From an uncultured Collinsella sp. (GTDB lineage Bacteria; Actinomycetota; Coriobacteriia; Coriobacteriales; Coriobacteriaceae), in NCBI GenBank assembly GCA_937997605.1, contig CALLFD010000157.1, forward strand, positions 1 to 56,958: a stretch of 56,958 bases of DNA, written 5' to 3'. The notes under the pieces are model-generated. The model worked only from the letters and a program-made list of their open reading frames with translations, was not told where the DNA came from and did no database searches. The position numbers and the translations under genes are program-made. Of this stretch, positions 32,435 through 42,762 are shown one piece after another (positions within the stretch are counted from its first letter, which is position 1; the number at the start of each line of letters is the position of its first letter).

Positions 32435-33307
32435 CTAGTTCTCGTAGACCAGCGGGTGGCCCCAACTGCCCTCGATCTTGCAGGTCTCCGCCGCAAAACC
32501 GGCAGCGAAGTCCAAGCTCTCGCGAATCGCGGCCTCGCCGCACTCGCCGGCCTTCTTCTTGGAAAGATAGGTGACCAAAAACGCCGTCAGCAGTGAATCG
32601 CCGGCCGCCATAGCGTCTTTGAGCTCCTCGGGCGCCACGGGCTTGATGCCCTGCTCGTAGAAGTTTTCGCCGTCATAGGCGACGGAGCCCTTGCTCCCGC
32701 GCGATGCGCATACGATTTGAGGGCCAAGGGCCTTCACCCACTCGAGCTTCGCCTTGATATCCTCCAGGGAAGCGTCGCCCATGGACATAAAGGCGTACGT
32801 CACAAATGGCGCAATCTGCCCGAAGTGCTCGTCGGTGGAGTCATCGGAGAAGTCGAAGCTGATAGGCACGCCGGCAGCCTTGATCTTGGGGAGCTCGCGC
32901 TCGGTGAAGCAGTAGTTGCCGCTGTGCACCAAATCGAAGCCGCTGACGTACTCGGCGGCGAAGCGGTCTATCACGTAGCGCATGTCGCCACGTATGCCGC
33001 CTTCATTGGAGCCCAGGAAGATACGGTCCCCGGTCTCGTCAACGGTCACGCGAGCGGCGCCGTTGACGCCCAGGACCTGCTGGCAGCGAAGAAGCTCGAC
33101 GCCCTCGTCCTCGAGCGATGCTATAACGTGCTCGGCCTCCTCATCTGATCCGAAGATTCCCATGTAGGCGCTGCGATCGACGCCGAGCTTCTTGGCGAAG
33201 ACGGCGAAGTTAACTGCATTGCCGCCGGGATACATGGTCTTGATGTGCTCGTACTTATCGACAACGTTGTCTCCAAAGCCAAGCACGCTTATAGGATAGG
33301 CTGCCAT
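32435..33307 (-). CDS. frlD: Fructoselysine 6-kinase (PfkB family)
   Basis: GDNVVDKY, YPGGNAVN, SFDFSD, DAMAAGDS; in an operon with frlB and frlC. Confidence 0.85.
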   Translation of the reverse strand: MAAYPISVLGFGDNVVDKYEHIKTMYPGGNAVNFAVFAKKLGVDRSAYMGIFGSDEEAEHVIASLEDEGVELLRCQQVLGVNGAARVTVDETGDRIFLGSNEGGIRGDMRYVIDRFAAEYVSGFDLVHSGNYCFTERELPKIKAAGVPISFDFSDDSTDEHFGQIAPFVTYAFMSMGDASLEDIKAKLEWVKALGPQIVCASRGSKGSVAYDGENFYEQGIKPVAPEELKDAMAAGDSLLTAFLVTYLSKKKAGECGEAAIRESLDFAAGFAAETCKIEGSWGHPLVYEN

Positions 33308-33350
33308 GGTTATCTCCATTCAGGTAAACCGCCGTGGTTACGGCGAGCAG

Positions 33351-33396
33351 ACGGGGCGCGAGGGATTCGCACGTCTCAACGCGCCTCGCGCCCCGT
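33351..33396. other. Intergenic stem-loop between frlB and frlD
   Basis: ACGGGGCGCGAGG (33351-33363) pairs with CCTCGCGCCCCGT (33384-33396). Confidence 0.6.
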
Positions 33397-33406
33397 TTTA
33401 AAATCG

Positions 33407-34375
33407 CTAGTACTTCTCGATGCCCATGTAACGACGCACGTCCGGGTGATGGTCGAACACCTTGCCGCGAGCGGAGCGCAGCTCACAGTTCATCGCGTAG
33501 AACAGGATTGGATCAAGGAACGCGCGAACGCTCGCCGGTACTTGGTCCATGCCGTACTCCATGGCGTCGAGCACCATAAGAGTGTCGGTATGGGTCTCGA
33601 GGAATGCGAGGGCGCGCTCATCCATGGCTCGGCACTCACTAGAAGACATCTGCAGGAAGTAGAAGACTCCGGGCTCGGTCACCTCGAAGGGGCCGTGGAA
33701 GTACTCGCCGGAGTGGATATAGGCGCAGCTCTGCCACTGCATCTCCATAAGCGAGCAGATAGCGAAGCCATAGGCCTGGCTAAACACGGGACCGGACCCC
33801 AAGATATACAGGAACTTGTGGTCCTGGCACAGGGCGGCAAAACGGTCGCAGAGTTCGGCGTTGACCTTCTCGCGAGCTGCAGGCAGGATCTGGTCCATCT
33901 TGGCGATGCCTTCGTACATGTCGGCAAGGTCGGCATAACCTTCCTGCTGATCCAGGAGCTCGGAAGCGAGAGCCAAAGAGATGCCGGCGGGCACCTCCGC
34001 CTGCGGAACTCCCTCGCCCCACGGATATACCCAGCACGTCCACTCACCGTTATCGATGCCGGAACCCGCGTTGTCCGTCTGCACGATAACGGTCGCGCCC
34101 GCCGCCTTGGCGATCGAGCACGCATCGATTACCTCGGGGGTGTTGCCGGAGTGGCTGCAAGCGATGACAAGGGACTTTTCGCCCAGGCGCTTGGGACGCA
34201 TGATATCGAACTCGCGGGCGGTATACGCCTCGCTGGCAAACGTAGTCGCCTCGCGCTTGAGCAGCTCGTGGGCGGGCAGCAGGTCGATGAGGGAGCCGCC
34301 GCAGGCAACCCAGAAGACGCTATCGAAACCGTCCTTTTCAGCGATTGCGTCGGCGATAAGATCATGTGCGTTCAT
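33407..34375 (-). CDS. frlB: Fructoselysine-6-phosphate deglycase (SIS domain)
   Basis: VACGGS, SHSGNTPE, LMEMQW, HSGEYFHGPFE, C-terminal RRYMG. Confidence 0.9.
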   Translation of the reverse strand: MNAHDLIADAIAEKDGFDSVFWVACGGSLIDLLPAHELLKREATTFASEAYTAREFDIMRPKRLGEKSLVIACSHSGNTPEVIDACSIAKAAGATVIVQTDNAGSGIDNGEWTCWVYPWGEGVPQAEVPAGISLALASELLDQQEGYADLADMYEGIAKMDQILPAAREKVNAELCDRFAALCQDHKFLYILGSGPVFSQAYGFAICSLMEMQWQSCAYIHSGEYFHGPFEVTEPGVFYFLQMSSSECRAMDERALAFLETHTDTLMVLDAMEYGMDQVPASVRAFLDPILFYAMNCELRSARGKVFDHHPDVRRYMGIEKY

Positions 34376-34475
34376 TGTTATTCTTCCTTTCGATACGGCG
34401 GACGAATCCGCCAACGTTTACTGCGAGTCTTCTCGTCAAGCGTGTTGACTTCCCCACGCGAATGGGAGCTACGCG

Positions 34476-35333
34476 CTAGTCGACAAAATACCTCTCGAAG
34501 GCGTCCATGTTGTGCCGGTCCGCTGCTGCGGGATCATCGAAATACCTTCCATCGGTGATCTCCTGGCCAAGATAGCCCTCGAACCCATGCGCGTTGAGGA
34601 CGCGTACGAAATCGTCCATACTGTGCTTTCCATCGCCCCAAACCAGATGGCCATATGGGTCGCCATCAATGAAGCGCATGTTCCTTATGGCACCATCGCC
34701 AAACTCGGCAAACCACTCTTCAAGGCTCTCGCCGGCGACTCCCATAGCGGTAGTGTCCACCATTGGAGTAAGGTGCGGGCTGGCTACTTGGTCAAGCATG
34801 CGCCTGGCGTCCGCGAGTGTAACCACCAAGTTGCTCTCTTCCGGCCTCAGGCTCTCCATGCAGAGGGTCACGCCGTGCTCGCCGGCATAGTCCGCAAGAA
34901 TCGCCAAGTGCTCGGCAGAGCGCTTCCAAGCCTCCTCGCGGTCCTCGTCCCAATCGCCCCAACCGGAGTTGATGGACATATACGGGGCGCCGAGCACCTC
35001 GGCGAGCTCGATGCCGTGCTTAAAGTAAGCGAGGCTCCGCTGCGCGTGGAGGGGCTTTCTGGCAGCGTACTGCCACGGATACACCACGTTCTCCGGACAC
35101 AGGGAGCTCACGGAGAGTCCGCGGGACTCGATCTTGCGGCGAAGCTCGTCGGCCTCGAAATACCCCGTGTGGTCCAGCGTCACGTGCGGCTCGGCCGCCC
35201 AAAGCTCGATGGTTTTGAAGCCAAGGCGCTGCTGAGCATCAAGGAAGTAATCGAGCGACCACATGATGTAGTGAATGTTCATGCCGGCGACCTGCTCGCG
35301 ACGCAGACGGGGTGTGGAAGCGCTTAAATCCAT
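34476..35333 (-). CDS. frlC: Fructoselysine 3-epimerase-like TIM-barrel protein
   Basis: IELWAAEPH, CPE...YP, ESLRPEESN, MVDT, HLVWGDG, C-terminal E..Y.DDP; located in the frl operon. Confidence 0.75.
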   Translation of the reverse strand: MDLSASTPRLRREQVAGMNIHYIMWSLDYFLDAQQRLGFKTIELWAAEPHVTLDHTGYFEADELRRKIESRGLSVSSLCPENVVYPWQYAARKPLHAQRSLAYFKHGIELAEVLGAPYMSINSGWGDWDEDREEAWKRSAEHLAILADYAGEHGVTLCMESLRPEESNLVVTLADARRMLDQVASPHLTPMVDTTAMGVAGESLEEWFAEFGDGAIRNMRFIDGDPYGHLVWGDGKHSMDDFVRVLNAHGFEGYLGQEITDGRYFDDPAAADRHNMDAFERYFVD

Positions 35334-35345
35334 GCTGGGCACCTC

Positions 35346-36808
35346 CTACATCGGCAGTAGGCCGGAAATCACAGTCGCGACCAATCCGAACAGAACCATG
35401 AAGATAAAGAACTTCCAGATGGTCTTCCACCATTGCCCGAAGGAGATCTTCGCCACGGCAAGACCCGCGACGGTCATGCCCGCAACGGGGCTGATGGTGT
35501 TGACGGTCTGGTTCGCGAACTGCAGAGCGGTGACGGCAGCCTCGGGATTGAGGCCCATAAGCTCGGTCAGCGGGCCCATGACGGGCATGGTGAGTGCAGC
35601 GAGGCCGGAGCTGGAAGGAACCAGCAGCGAAAGCAGGCCGAGGACGATGTACATGAAGGTGGTATAGATGAAGGACGGAGCGCCCGCAAGGAGTCCGACG
35701 AGCCAGTTAAGAATAGAGTCGATGATCATTCCGCCCTCTGCGACGACCAGGATGCCGCGGACGATGCCGATGATGCAGGCTGCGTAGGCGAAGTCGGCGA
35801 TTCGCGGACGAACTCCTCCGCAATGGTCTTCTCGTCCAGGCCGCCGAGTATGCCGGCAAGAAGGCCCATGGCCAGGAACACCATGGAGATCTCGTCCATA
35901 TACCAGCCCTGGGTAACGAGGCCCCACACGATAACGCCCATGCCGACCGCGAAATCAATGAGGACGAGCTTGTGGCGAAGCGTGAACTCCTCTTCGATAG
36001 AAGCATCGGTGACAGAGAACTCGATGCGCTTCTGCTTATCGTCCTCATAGGTGATGGAGGACTTGGGATCGAGCTTGACGCGGCGCGCGTAGCGCATGGC
36101 CCAGAAAATGCCCGCGGCGGTGAAGATGACCCACAGGATGGCGCGGAGCCAAAGCTGGGGATTTCCCTCGATGCCGATAACGCCCTGGGCGATCAGCACG
36201 TTGAAAGGATCAATAGTGGATGCGCAGTAACCAAGGTTGGGGCCGAGGAAGCAGATGATGAACGCGGTCATGGAGTCATACCCGATGCTCAGCATGATGG
36301 GGATGAAGATCGCGTAGAACGGCAGCGCCTCCTCGGACATGCCGAACGTGGTGCCGCAGATCGAGAGCAGGATCATGGAGATGGGGATGATCAAGATGTC
36401 CTTGTTCTTCAGCTTCTTGATCACGCGGCTCATGCCGGCGTTTAGGGCGTTGGTCTTGGTGACGATGGCGAACGATCCGCCGATCAGCAGGACGAACGCG
36501 ACGACATCGGCCGCAGCCTGAATGCCCTTGGCGGGAGCCTGCAGGACGGCATCGATGCCCTGTCGCAGATCGACGGTCTCCCCCGTCTCCGAATCGGTGT
36601 AGACCTTGTCGACCTCTTGGTACGTTCCGGCTACGGCGACTTCTCGCTCGCCCGCGGCCGTCTGAATGGTCTGGCGGTCGAACTGACCCGATGGGACGAT
36701 CCATGTGAGCACCGCGAAGAACACGATCAGCATGAACGCGATGGTGTACACATGGGGAAGCTGGAGATGGAATCTGCGCTTGGGCTTCTCCTGTTTGGCA
36801 TCCGACAT
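35346..36808 (-). pseudogene. YfcC-family transporter split by a single-base frameshift near 35803
   Basis: LPHVYTI, TWIVPSGQF, FGMSEEALP, DPFNVLIAQG and VPSSSGLA motifs fall in two frames. Adding one G restores EEFVRGIADFA. Confidence 0.85.
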
Positions 36809-36862
36809 TCTTAACCTCCTGCCAGAGCAACGATGCTTGCCAAAAATCCTTCACGTATAGGC

Positions 36863-36933
36863 AAACATCTTAGGTTGTTCTATGTATAACCTGCATGAAG
36901 GCGTCGGTCAAGAAACATATTAGGTTGTTCTAT
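36863..36933. promoter_or_regulatory. Two 21-bp direct repeats, candidate FrlR operators
   Basis: AAACATCTTAGGTTGTTCTAT (36863) and AAACATATTAGGTTGTTCTAT (36913), 50 bp apart, upstream of the frl operon. Confidence 0.65.
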
Positions 36934-37005
36934 AAGTGGTAACTTTTACGCGCTAAACGGACCTGCCGCGGCAATACGAGAACAGCGCTGTGTGAGACAG
37001 AGCCG

Positions 37006-37740
37006 CTAGATATCGAAGCTGTAGCGCGAACCCACGTAGTACTGTCTGCCATAGCAGAAGCGCTCTCCGTTGGAATCGAGAAAGCCCGCGTTCATGAAGA
37101 ACAGCGGCTCCCCTACTGGGACCTTGAGCTCGCGGGCGGCATCAATTCCCGCACGGGCGATCTCCAGCCTGCAGGGATCGGACGAGCAGGGATACCTACC
37201 CGTACGCTCCCCCACGGCCTCGAATATCGAACAATTGGAGAGACCGATATCTTTGAGAAATTCGAATCCATCGACAGGATAGTAGTTGTTCTCGAACAGG
37301 ACCGGCACGCCGTCTGCGGTACGCACGCGTGAGACCAAGATGAGGTCAGAGCCTTCATCCAAGCCAAAGAAAGAAGCGAGGTCGCGATCGGCGGCAACGG
37401 TCTTGCGGGCAACGACGCGAGCGCCCGCCTTCATGCCGTTTTCAGCGCATGCTTGGGTAAAACTCTGAACATCGTCCTTCTGATGCACCTTGCGAATTAT
37501 CTTTGTCGCGGTCACAAACGTACCACGCCCCTGCCGCTTGGTGAGATACCCCTCGCCCACAAGCTCCTCTATTGCGCGGCGAACCGTGACCCTTCCCACG
37601 CCGTACATCTTAGAAAGCTCAAGTTCCGTTGGAATCTGCGAGTCAACGGGATATGTCCCCTGTTCGATATCGCTCTTAAGCAAATCGAGCACCTGTTGAT
37701 ACAGCGGGGCGGAAGAGCCCCCATCCAGATGCGCATCCAC
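37006..37740 (-). CDS. frlR: GntR/HutC-family regulator (wHTH plus UTRA), FrlR-like
   Basis: PLYQQV, IPTELEL, GRVTVRRAI, QGRGTFV, UTRA-like C-terminus; adjacent to the frl genes. Confidence 0.85.
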   Translation of the reverse strand: MDAHLDGGSSAPLYQQVLDLLKSDIEQGTYPVDSQIPTELELSKMYGVGRVTVRRAIEELVGEGYLTKRQGRGTFVTATKIIRKVHQKDDVQSFTQACAENGMKAGARVVARKTVAADRDLASFFGLDEGSDLILVSRVRTADGVPVLFENNYYPVDGFEFLKDIGLSNCSIFEAVGERTGRYPCSSDPCRLEIARAGIDAARELKVPVGEPLFFMNAGFLDSNGERFCYGRQYYVGSRYSFDI

Positions 37741-37807
37741 AAAAACTCTCCCTTTAAGGCGTTCGCGATCTCAACGACTCCATTCTACCGCACACGGAAA
37801 AATGAGG

Positions 37808-37958
37808 TTAAACACATAGGGGCCCTGCATGTTTGAGCGGATCGGGAATCTGGTCGCTGATTTCGTCCGCATTTGCTTGCGAAAAACCAAAACGCTCCTC
37901 GCGCTTGGCGAACACGGTGAGGCCCGCCGCCTTGCACGCAGCGATCGATGATGCTCGT
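37808..37958 (-). pseudogene. Remnant junction: mutated EIIB start joined to the 3' end of a HAD-like phosphatase
   Basis: Copy of the EIIB RBS and first codons (ATG changed to ACG at 37958-37956), then IAACKAAGLTVFAKREERFGFSQANAD, which resembles a HAD C-terminus. Confidence 0.55.
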
Positions 37959-37994
37959 GTGATGTTGGCTTCCTTCCTTTGTTTGCGAGGCGCG

Positions 37995-40748
37995 TCACTC
38001 GTCCTGCTGAGCCGCGGGCCCATCGTTCGGCGTGGCCTGCCTGCGCGGGGCATGCCGGGAATTGATGTAGTCGTATGCGTAGGCGATCTCCGCGACGGGG
38101 ACCTCCACGTGGTAATGGGCGGAAATGTCAGAGAAGCTCGTGCGGAATGCCTCGACGAAATCGTTGTGTTCATTGGCGAAGCGCTGCTCGTCTGCGTAGT
38201 TCTCGATGGGGCTTCTGGTCACGAGGCGCTCCACGAGACAACACAGGTGCACGTAGAGCCCCATGCTCACACGAGCGCCAATCACGTCTCCGGTGAGCTG
38301 CTGGAGCCGCTCTGCGGCACTCTCGATTTCGCCGAAGAGCTTGTTGGGGTTAAGGATTGTGATGGACTCGACCACGTTCCTGAGGGTCATGTTCTTGACG
38401 AGATTCTGGTGGAACGTGCGCAAGCTGTCAGCGTCGAGCAAGCGTGCGAAGGCGCGGTCTATCTGGGCCGTTCCTTCGCCGGCGATGAGTTCCTCGAGCG
38501 AAATGAACGGGACTCCGTCGGCGTGCGGATTGTCCGTGCCGATGACCGAGCGCACGTTGTACTGGGAGAAGGCGGCATCCTCAGATCCGTTATTGGCGAG
38601 CTGCCGCCAGTCAACGGCGACAAGCCGCGCGGGGGACTCGCCAGGCAGGCTCTGCGCCACGAGATCGCGGATCCGCGCAGCTGCGTCAAGTCCGCCTTCG
38701 GAGCAGAAGACAATCGCGTCCGGTCGGGCGTTGCGCGCCACGATGTGATAATTACAGGTGCAAGCTGCCGCAGCATCGTCGAGAACCTCTCGCACGGAGC
38801 GACCCGCGATAAGTCCGGCGCCAACCTCCACCGCAAGGCCGGTAGAGGCGTTGTTGATGATGCCGAGCGTCATGCCGGAGGTGGATTCCATACTCTTATA
38901 AATATCCTGGAGCGATCCCATGTCCACGAGGATGACGACCTCGTCTGCGTAGGAGAAGCGGTCGATGATTTGCTGAAGAGGAACAGCGACGTCCGTAACC
39001 TTCTGGTCGTAGGGCATGTCGATGGCCTCGAAGACCCTCGTGTCAAGAATCCGATTGGCGGCGTCGGCGATGCTCGTGGCGGTCGAGTAGCCATGACTGA
39101 GGACGATACCGACGCTCCGACGACGCTTAGACGGGTCGAGTGCGAGTGCCGCATGCGCAAGGACGAGCAGACACGTGAGATCGTCGAGTGCGATGCCGAG
39201 CGTGGCCTTGAGTTCATCAGCGATGCAGGCGCAGACAGTAACGGCAAAGCGGTTGCGCTGGGCCACGACGCCGCGCATGCCGGAAAGCTCGCTTGCATGG
39301 GAGCTCTTCCAACGCGAGAGGCTTGCGGGCGGCCACAGCTGGAGGCAGATGCCCTGGGCGATTAGATGCGAGCTCTTTCGGGACAAATCGATCGAGTAGA
39401 GTTCGTTCACGGAAGTGACGACGCTGTCGGCGATCTGCTCGTATGCGTCGGACTTCGAGCGGCCCGGGTTTTGCCCGAACGCCAGGTAGTCCTCGAGGTC
39501 GCGGGCTCGCTCCACCAGCTGAGCGCTGCACGCGCCCCCATCAAGCGTGCCTTCGCGATAGCTCTCGTATGGCTCCAGCATGGCGTCGAGTACATGCCGT
39601 GCGCGGTCGTCCGCCTGGCTTTGGATGCTCCGGGTGGTGTCGATGAGCTGCATGTCGTTCTCGCTGCGCTCGAGTGCGGAGCCGGCAAGGATTGCGGAGG
39701 GAAGCTGGTAGGTGCGAATCTCCAGGCTGTCACCCTTCGTGTCTAGATAGGCCTCGGCGCAACAGTTGGTGATGCAGTCGCGCAGGCCGCGTACGTTCTC
39801 CTCGAAGTTGGTGCCGGCGAGGGCTCGGAAGGCTCCGCGACTTATGAGGATGTCGCGTCCTATGCGTCGGCCCTCCTCCTTGAGGAAGTGGAGAGTCAGT
39901 TCCTCACGCTCCTCCTGGGTGCGCTCGCGCAGAGACGGCACCTGGGCGGACATGGGGATGCGACGCGTGAGGCTGCGGCACTCGGTACTGTCTGCCTCGT
40001 TTGAGGTGGCAAAGATAAGGCGCACAGCAGGGGCTGGCACAATGGCGCCCGCCTGTGCGGAGGCCCACTCCAAGAGCGCGTCCTGGGCAGCGGGTGAGAG
40101 GGCGTCGACGTCCTTGAGATAAACGATGCCGCCGCTCGCCCGATCTGCAGGCCCGCCATCTGCGCACAGGTCGTGAGTGAGCGCGCGGGCATCGTCTGCG
40201 TAATGCGAGCAGTCGATGCTCACAAGCTTGGCTTCCTGCTGCAGGACGCCGACGTTCTTGCCGTATTCGAGGGCAAGTTCGGCGAGTAGACCCTTGCCGG
40301 TTCCCGAGGCGCCACAGAGCAGGATGGGCAGGCCAGCTGGCGGGTACTTGAGCGCGGCGCAGAGCTGGCTGATGCAGGGCGCAAGGCTCAGCTCGTGACC
40401 GATTGCGCGGTCGAAGTCGAGTCGCTCGCCGTTTCCGAGCGTGGCGAAGAGCTGCTCGACCGAAGGGTAGGTGCTACGCTCAATGCGAGACTGGAAGAAG
40501 CGTTCGAGGGAGCGGCGGTGGAAGTAGCACACCGGTCGTGCCCCTGCTTTCACCACGAGGCCAGCGCGCACGAGCTCGTTGAGATACTGACTTGCCAGGC
40601 TGCGCGAGATGGCGAGCGAGTCGGTTATAGATGCCGTGGTGAAGTGGTCGAGACGGTTCTGGATGCGCCCGCCCCGCGTGCTGCCAAGCTCGCGCGTGAT
40701 GCGATCGAGGTAGGCAAGCAGGTCTTTCTGTGTCTCGGGGATGTTCAT
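37995..40748 (-). CDS. LevR/DagR-like PRD activator (wHTH, AAA+, PRD, EIIA-Man, EIIB-Gat, PRD)
   Basis: ISRSLASQYLNEL, GASGTGKG, SHGYSTATSIA, AIDMP, VDMGSL, GLYVHLCCLVERL. Confidence 0.9.
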   Translation of the reverse strand: MNIPETQKDLLAYLDRITRELGSTRGGRIQNRLDHFTTASITDSLAISRSLASQYLNELVRAGLVVKAGARPVCYFHRRSLERFFQSRIERSTYPSVEQLFATLGNGERLDFDRAIGHELSLAPCISQLCAALKYPPAGLPILLCGASGTGKGLLAELALEYGKNVGVLQQEAKLVSIDCSHYADDARALTHDLCADGGPADRASGGIVYLKDVDALSPAAQDALLEWASAQAGAIVPAPAVRLIFATSNEADSTECRSLTRRIPMSAQVPSLRERTQEEREELTLHFLKEEGRRIGRDILISRGAFRALAGTNFEENVRGLRDCITNCCAEAYLDTKGDSLEIRTYQLPSAILAGSALERSENDMQLIDTTRSIQSQADDRARHVLDAMLEPYESYREGTLDGGACSAQLVERARDLEDYLAFGQNPGRSKSDAYEQIADSVVTSVNELYSIDLSRKSSHLIAQGICLQLWPPASLSRWKSSHASELSGMRGVVAQRNRFAVTVCACIADELKATLGIALDDLTCLLVLAHAALALDPSKRRRSVGIVLSHGYSTATSIADAANRILDTRVFEAIDMPYDQKVTDVAVPLQQIIDRFSYADEVVILVDMGSLQDIYKSMESTSGMTLGIINNASTGLAVEVGAGLIAGRSVREVLDDAAAACTCNYHIVARNARPDAIVFCSEGGLDAAARIRDLVAQSLPGESPARLVAVDWRQLANNGSEDAAFSQYNVRSVIGTDNPHADGVPFISLEELIAGEGTAQIDRAFARLLDADSLRTFHQNLVKNMTLRNVVESITILNPNKLFGEIESAAERLQQLTGDVIGARVSMGLYVHLCCLVERLVTRSPIENYADEQRFANEHNDFVEAFRTSFSDISAHYHVEVPVAEIAYAYDYINSRHAPRRQATPNDGPAAQQDE

Positions 40749-41045
40749 GCGGCTGGTCCTCCTTTCGTCCTACACCTTACGGGCGGGGTGGTGCTCGGGA
40801 CGGGTTGGCGCCCGCGTTTTGTCACGGGCACGTGAACTTCGGCACTCCATGATACATCTGTAGTGACATATGGCAACTTCTCGACACCTGCGCTCGACAC
40901 AGCGAGCGGCAACAGCGCTGTCCGCCGAGCGCCTCACGGGCGTATCCCAACCGTAGGAGTGCGCTTTGCCACCTTTGACTGCCTCCCTGTCGGCAAGCGG
41001 CTCGCCGTTCGCTCCGTCTCTGACCACATCGCTCGAATCGGCTCT

Positions 41046-41150
41046 GCCGCCGGCGCTGTGGTGGCCGTCGTGCCCGCAAAGGTCATCAAGCAGGCCGACG
41101 AGGTCACCGCGGGCAAGGTCTCCCTCGTCGACGCACTCAGGAATCTGTAG
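41046..41150 (+). pseudogene. 3' remnant resembling DapH/DapD (tetrahydrodipicolinate acyltransferase)
   Basis: AGAVVAVVPAKVIKQADEVTAGKVSLVDALRNL* matches the recalled DapH C-terminal pattern; no upstream part is present. Confidence 0.55.
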
Positions 41151-41296
41151 GCGAGGCCCCTAAGGCCGCCTCGCTGTCGGCAGCCCGGGGCCATGTGCCA
41201 TCAGGGCACAGGACGAGTCCGGTCGCCGGAATGCGGCCGGACCCGTTGTTCGCGTGTTTTGCTGGGGGAGTCGCTGTGGCGACGAGGTTCACTGGC

Positions 41297-42733
41297 TTAC
41301 TTTTCCTGTTCGCGCAGCCCCTTCGCCAAGGCTATGTTGGACAGTTTGAGTTCGCCATTCGTTACCGTAACAGCAAGCGAGTGGCCGAACTTCTCGCAGA
41401 CGCGTGTCGTGAGTGCGGTACCGTCGAGGTAGAGGACGAGGATGTTGTCGTCAACGATGAGCTGCAGGTGGTAAGAACGCCCGGACTCGAGCCAGACTGG
41501 CCTCCAAAGCCCCTTATCCATTACGCGGAACCACTTGTAACAGGGGCTCTTGTCGAACGAGAGCCGATTCGCGTCGAGGTCGAAGCGGTATTCGTACGAC
41601 TCGTCGGTCTCGAGATTCTTGTAGGCTCGAATTGAGAAGTCGCAAGCGTCCCTGAACGTCACGTCTGCCTCGAAGCAGAAAATCTCGCCTGCGTTTTCGG
41701 TGATTACGCACTCCGTTCGTTCGTGGTCTCCGCGAAGCTCGATATCCGGGACGGCATCAGGGCACTCGAACGCATCCTTTATGCTTTGGGGAGGGCGAAC
41801 GCCGAGGGTGCCATTGGGGCGCTGGTACACCTCATGGGGCATAAACGAGCCACCCCAAAGCCAGTTGGCCCGGTCATCGTCGTTCTCGCGCGTGGGGACC
41901 CAGCCGGACAGAATCCTGCGCGATCCGTCGAAGGCGGTCCGTCCGGCGTAATACGCCCTCCCGTCGAAGGCGTCATCTCTCGGCTTCTCCCACGGACCGT
42001 AGAGATCGCGGCTCATGCGGTAGACGATCTTGTTCTCGTCGCTGTACTCAGAGTAGACCAGGTACCACCAATCGCCAATTTTAAAAATGTCTGGCATTTC
42101 GAACATGGTGTAGAGGCCGGGGGCCCAGAAGTCGCCCTTGAACTGCCAGTGCTCGAGGTCCTTCGACGTAAAGTGAACGAGCCTGCCAGTTTGGAGGGTT
42201 TTGGAGGGGTCGTCTCCCTTACGCGTGCCCAGTACGAGGAGGTATTCCTTCCGGTCGTCATCCCATATTACGAAAGGGTCGCGCCAGTTGCGCCCATCGT
42301 ATCCTGGCTGAGGCGTGAGCTCTACTGCAACGCCCGTCTTTTTCCACGTCGCATAATCATCCGAGCAGGCCTTCGCCTGCATGAGCACCTGGGACGTTTT
42401 GCCTTCTCGCAGGTAGTTGCGGTTGAACCCGGTATAGAAAGCGCGTACCTCCCCTTTTGCCTCGTAAACGGTTCCGGCGTAGATGAACTGGTCTTGGTCG
42501 TCTTCTCCGCCGTGGGGGATCGCCGTTCCGTGTTCCTGGTACGTCACGAAGTCCTGGGTGGTCGCGAGCGACCACCCAAAGGGCTGTCCTTCGGCAAGCG
42601 GAGCGGGGTCGCGCGTGTCACGCTGGTGGTATAGATAGAACGTGCCGTCCTTGCCGAAGGGCATGACGTCTCCCACCCACACGTCCTTCGGTTGGTAGAA
42701 CAGGTGCTGGTTATTGGTCGGGACTTTGCGCAT
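41297..42733 (-). CDS. GH32-family glycoside hydrolase (beta-fructosidase-like), no signal peptide
   Basis: WVGDVMP nucleophile variant, WRDPF, FEMPD, YYAGRT, C-terminal beta-sandwich. Confidence 0.85.
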   Translation of the reverse strand: MRKVPTNNQHLFYQPKDVWVGDVMPFGKDGTFYLYHQRDTRDPAPLAEGQPFGWSLATTQDFVTYQEHGTAIPHGGEDDQDQFIYAGTVYEAKGEVRAFYTGFNRNYLREGKTSQVLMQAKACSDDYATWKKTGVAVELTPQPGYDGRNWRDPFVIWDDDRKEYLLVLGTRKGDDPSKTLQTGRLVHFTSKDLEHWQFKGDFWAPGLYTMFEMPDIFKIGDWWYLVYSEYSDENKIVYRMSRDLYGPWEKPRDDAFDGRAYYAGRTAFDGSRRILSGWVPTRENDDDRANWLWGGSFMPHEVYQRPNGTLGVRPPQSIKDAFECPDAVPDIELRGDHERTECVITENAGEIFCFEADVTFRDACDFSIRAYKNLETDESYEYRFDLDANRLSFDKSPCYKWFRVMDKGLWRPVWLESGRSYHLQLIVDDNILVLYLDGTALTTRVCEKFGHSLAVTVTNGELKLSNIALAKGLREQEK

Positions 42734-42762
42734 GTCTCGTCCTCCTTACTGTCGCGTCTTTC

